This document shows positions 62,061 through 64,000 of a DNA stretch of 64,000 nt, piece after piece; the stretch's first letter is position 1; the number at the start of each line of letters is the position of its first letter. Origin of the DNA: Escherichia phage A51.2; the sequence record ON286973. One strand, given 5' to 3'. A program made the translations under genes and the position numbers. The notes below the pieces were generated by a model. It was given only the letters and a program-made list of their open reading frames with translations. It was not told where the DNA came from and made no database searches.

Positions 62061-64000
62061 TTAGTGACAATCACCCCAGTTACGACCGCACAAGTATTCA
62101 CCTGTGATCTGGAATGGAACGCCCATCATTTTAGAAGCTTGCCAGAAGCAATGCACCACCATTTCACCCACAGGGCTCCAGATAAGTTCAAGCTTTCCGT
62201 CATCGTTCAGGATAGGATCGTACACCGTGTTTCCGTCTCTGTCAACCACTTCGTTTCCGTTTTCATCCTTGCGTGCCTTTTTGTACTTATGACCGTCGAA
62301 CACATGAAGTTTGGCTTCCTGCTCTGCCTTAAATGCTTCCAATTCTTCAATTGTGTCGAAGGTGTACACAGTCTTATACTTAGGTGTGTCAGGGACCTGA
62401 AGTTGGTACTCATCATGGTAATAAATAATACGACGGACACCTTCATCGTACCACCCACGCTTCACCATTTGGTGGTGCATGAGTATCCCAACTAAGTCAC
62501 ACAGCGATGCACCACCATTTTGTTGGTATGCATTAAGTAAAGAGTGTTTAGATCGGGTCCAGATAGCATGACCATCAAAAGAGTAGATAAACTTCTTACC
62601 TGTTGCTTCCCAGAATTTCTCCAGATCCTCTTTGCGCCCCTTAAGACCGGGGTTGGCATCCCAAAGTGCATCGATCACCCTTTGCCCCAACTCTGGGGAG
62701 ATATCCAGCATATCTGCGACTTTATCTTTTTGTGCCCCGTACATAACCCCATACGTGATAGGTTTACCGTCGTTACGAGACACCTCTCTGCCTGCTACTT
62801 TTGTATATGCCTCAGCATTGTTTTGGTGTGCGTCTCCGTTACTTACAACATCATAGTACAAGCCGTTGTCGAACTCAAAGGCACCCCAAGCCCCGATAAG
62901 CTGCTCTAAGTTGGACCCGTCAATACCGATCTCAAAATATCCAGGAGGAACACCCCACAAGCTACGCATCTCTTTACCCATAACCACTTTAGGAGATGGT
63001 TTAGGCATGTTTGCACAAATACTGTGTTTCTGTCGGGAAGTGTTTGTTAATCCAGAGCTTTTAGCAGGAAGCTTATGGTCAATCTTCAAACGTGGGTGAT
63101 TAAGAAGACCAGTATCAACCTTATCCTCCTTGATTGGATCAAGGACCGATCTGCGGTTTCGCAATGATAACCACAAGACGATATCTTTAGCCATCTCTCC
63201 GTTCAATTTTTCAAGATTCGGACATAGGTGTCCAAACGTATCTTTCAGTTGCGGAGAAGTAATAAGTGCCCTGGCTTTTCTGCGTATTTTCCCGAACACT
63301 TCCTTTTTAATCCTTTCGGAGTTAGGAAAGCTTCGGAACTTGTGCACTGTTGTCTGAAACTTAGCATCAGTTTTGTTCCAGAAGTTGATAATTAGGTCAC
63401 AATACTCTGACTCTAAAAGCTCGTCCATGTATGCATATACTCGTGCATCAACATCTGCATCAGGTAGAGCTTTCTTCTTGCTGTCCTTAGTTACATCCTT
63501 AGTTCTCCACATTGTCGGAAGCCAACCAGCACTGATCAGGTATCGCTTAATGTCGTCCTGATTGCTGATTTTCATAGGTATCTTGCAGTCAGGCATTCGC
63601 TTCTGCTGCAGATCACTTATTGCCTGATCCATCAGCTCTTTAGGTAAAGGTTGTGGTGTGGAGGTGCCCTTAATATAACCTCTCAAGAAATCAGCCATCT
63701 TGTCGGGGTCTTTGCAGCCCATCTCTTCGCACCATTTTATCCCCATCTTGCTGACATCTCCTGTGGAGGTAAATGCTCGCTTAGGCGGGGCTTTGAATTC
63801 TAAGGCGCTCATGTCTACAGGATAGCCAAGCTTATCTTTTAACCATTTCCAACCATTATTGGAGATTGTCCCATCTTGGTTAAACGGCTTTTCAGGGAAC
63901 TTGGGCCGCTGAGACATTGACAACTCTTTTAAAGGAAGTTGAGGTTCAACACGATCAGCGATCTCTTTCATCCACGCATCGCAACGGTCACGTAAAGCAA
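62061..64000 (-). CDS. DNA polymerase, family A (Pol I-like), C-terminal polymerase domain; 5' end lies beyond the window
   Basis: Motif B-like KPITYGVMYG and motif C-like YYHDEYQ; the ORF stays open to the window edge. Confidence 0.75.
   Translation of the reverse strand, partial: ALRDRCDAWMKEIADRVEPQLPLKELSMSQRPKFPEKPFNQDGTISNNGWKWLKDKLGYPVDMSALEFKAPPKRAFTSTGDVSKMGIKWCEEMGCKDPDKMADFLRGYIKGTSTPQPLPKELMDQAISDLQQKRMPDCKIPMKISNQDDIKRYLISAGWLPTMWRTKDVTKDSKKKALPDADVDARVYAYMDELLESEYCDLIINFWNKTDAKFQTTVHKFRSFPNSERIKKEVFGKIRRKARALITSPQLKDTFGHLCPNLEKLNGEMAKDIVLWLSLRNRRSVLDPIKEDKVDTGLLNHPRLKIDHKLPAKSSGLTNTSRQKHSICANMPKPSPKVVMGKEMRSLWGVPPGYFEIGIDGSNLEQLIGAWGAFEFDNGLYYDVVSNGDAHQNNAEAYTKVAGREVSRNDGKPITYGVMYGAQKDKVADMLDISPELGQRVIDALWDANPGLKGRKEDLEKFWEATGKKFIYSFDGHAIWTRSKHSLLNAYQQNGGASLCDLVGILMHHQMVKRGWYDEGVRRIIYYHDEYQLQVPDTPKYKTVYTFDTIEELEAFKAEQEAKLHVFDGHKYKKARKDENGNEVVDRDGNTVYDPILNDDGKLELIWSPVGEMVVHCFWQASKMMGVPFQITGEYLCGRNWGDCH

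Noticed and set aside
1-64000. Prophage or integrative element (integrase, attachment site, repressor/Cro switch)
   Set aside because: No tyrosine or serine recombinase motifs, no tRNA-adjacent att-like repeats and no lambda-like immunity region were seen; gene content points to a virulent phage.

Overview
This window reads as a gene-dense segment of a large, probably virulent, tailed dsDNA bacteriophage genome; all calls are from reading the sequence and ORF translations by eye, with no database search run. Layout: a short minus-strand block (297-1664) with a split polynucleotide kinase / metallophosphoesterase pair, divergent from a long plus-strand block (1765-40067). The plus-strand block carries DNA/nucleotide-metabolism genes (putative RNA ligase, Sir2-like, MazG-like, ATP-dependent DNA ligase, lambda-R-like lysozyme, RNase H/FEN, endonuclease VII-like, DnaQ-like exonuclease, two DNA methyltransferases, dNMP kinase-like, HAD nucleotidase, ThyX, NrdA/NrdB/NrdH/NrdD/NrdG, PhoH, ClpP-like protease), then about 11 kb of small acidic ORFs in paralogous families, with a clear ribosome hibernation factor (HPF/RaiA) homolog among them. 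A roughly 2.5 kb ORF-poor, repeat-rich region (40068-42543) separates this from a minus-strand block (42544-64000) of many small genes punctuated by GC hairpins and repeated promoter-like elements, a second repeat-rich non-coding island (53250-54100), a DarG-like macro-domain protein, an SSB-like protein ending in DDDIPF, and the 3' part of a family A DNA polymerase running off the window edge. No tRNA, rRNA, CRISPR array, integrase or transposase was recognised. The most unusual candidates are the tandem paralogous small acidic gene arrays, the phage-encoded HPF, the split three-gene RNA-repair-like module, and the structured repeat regions.
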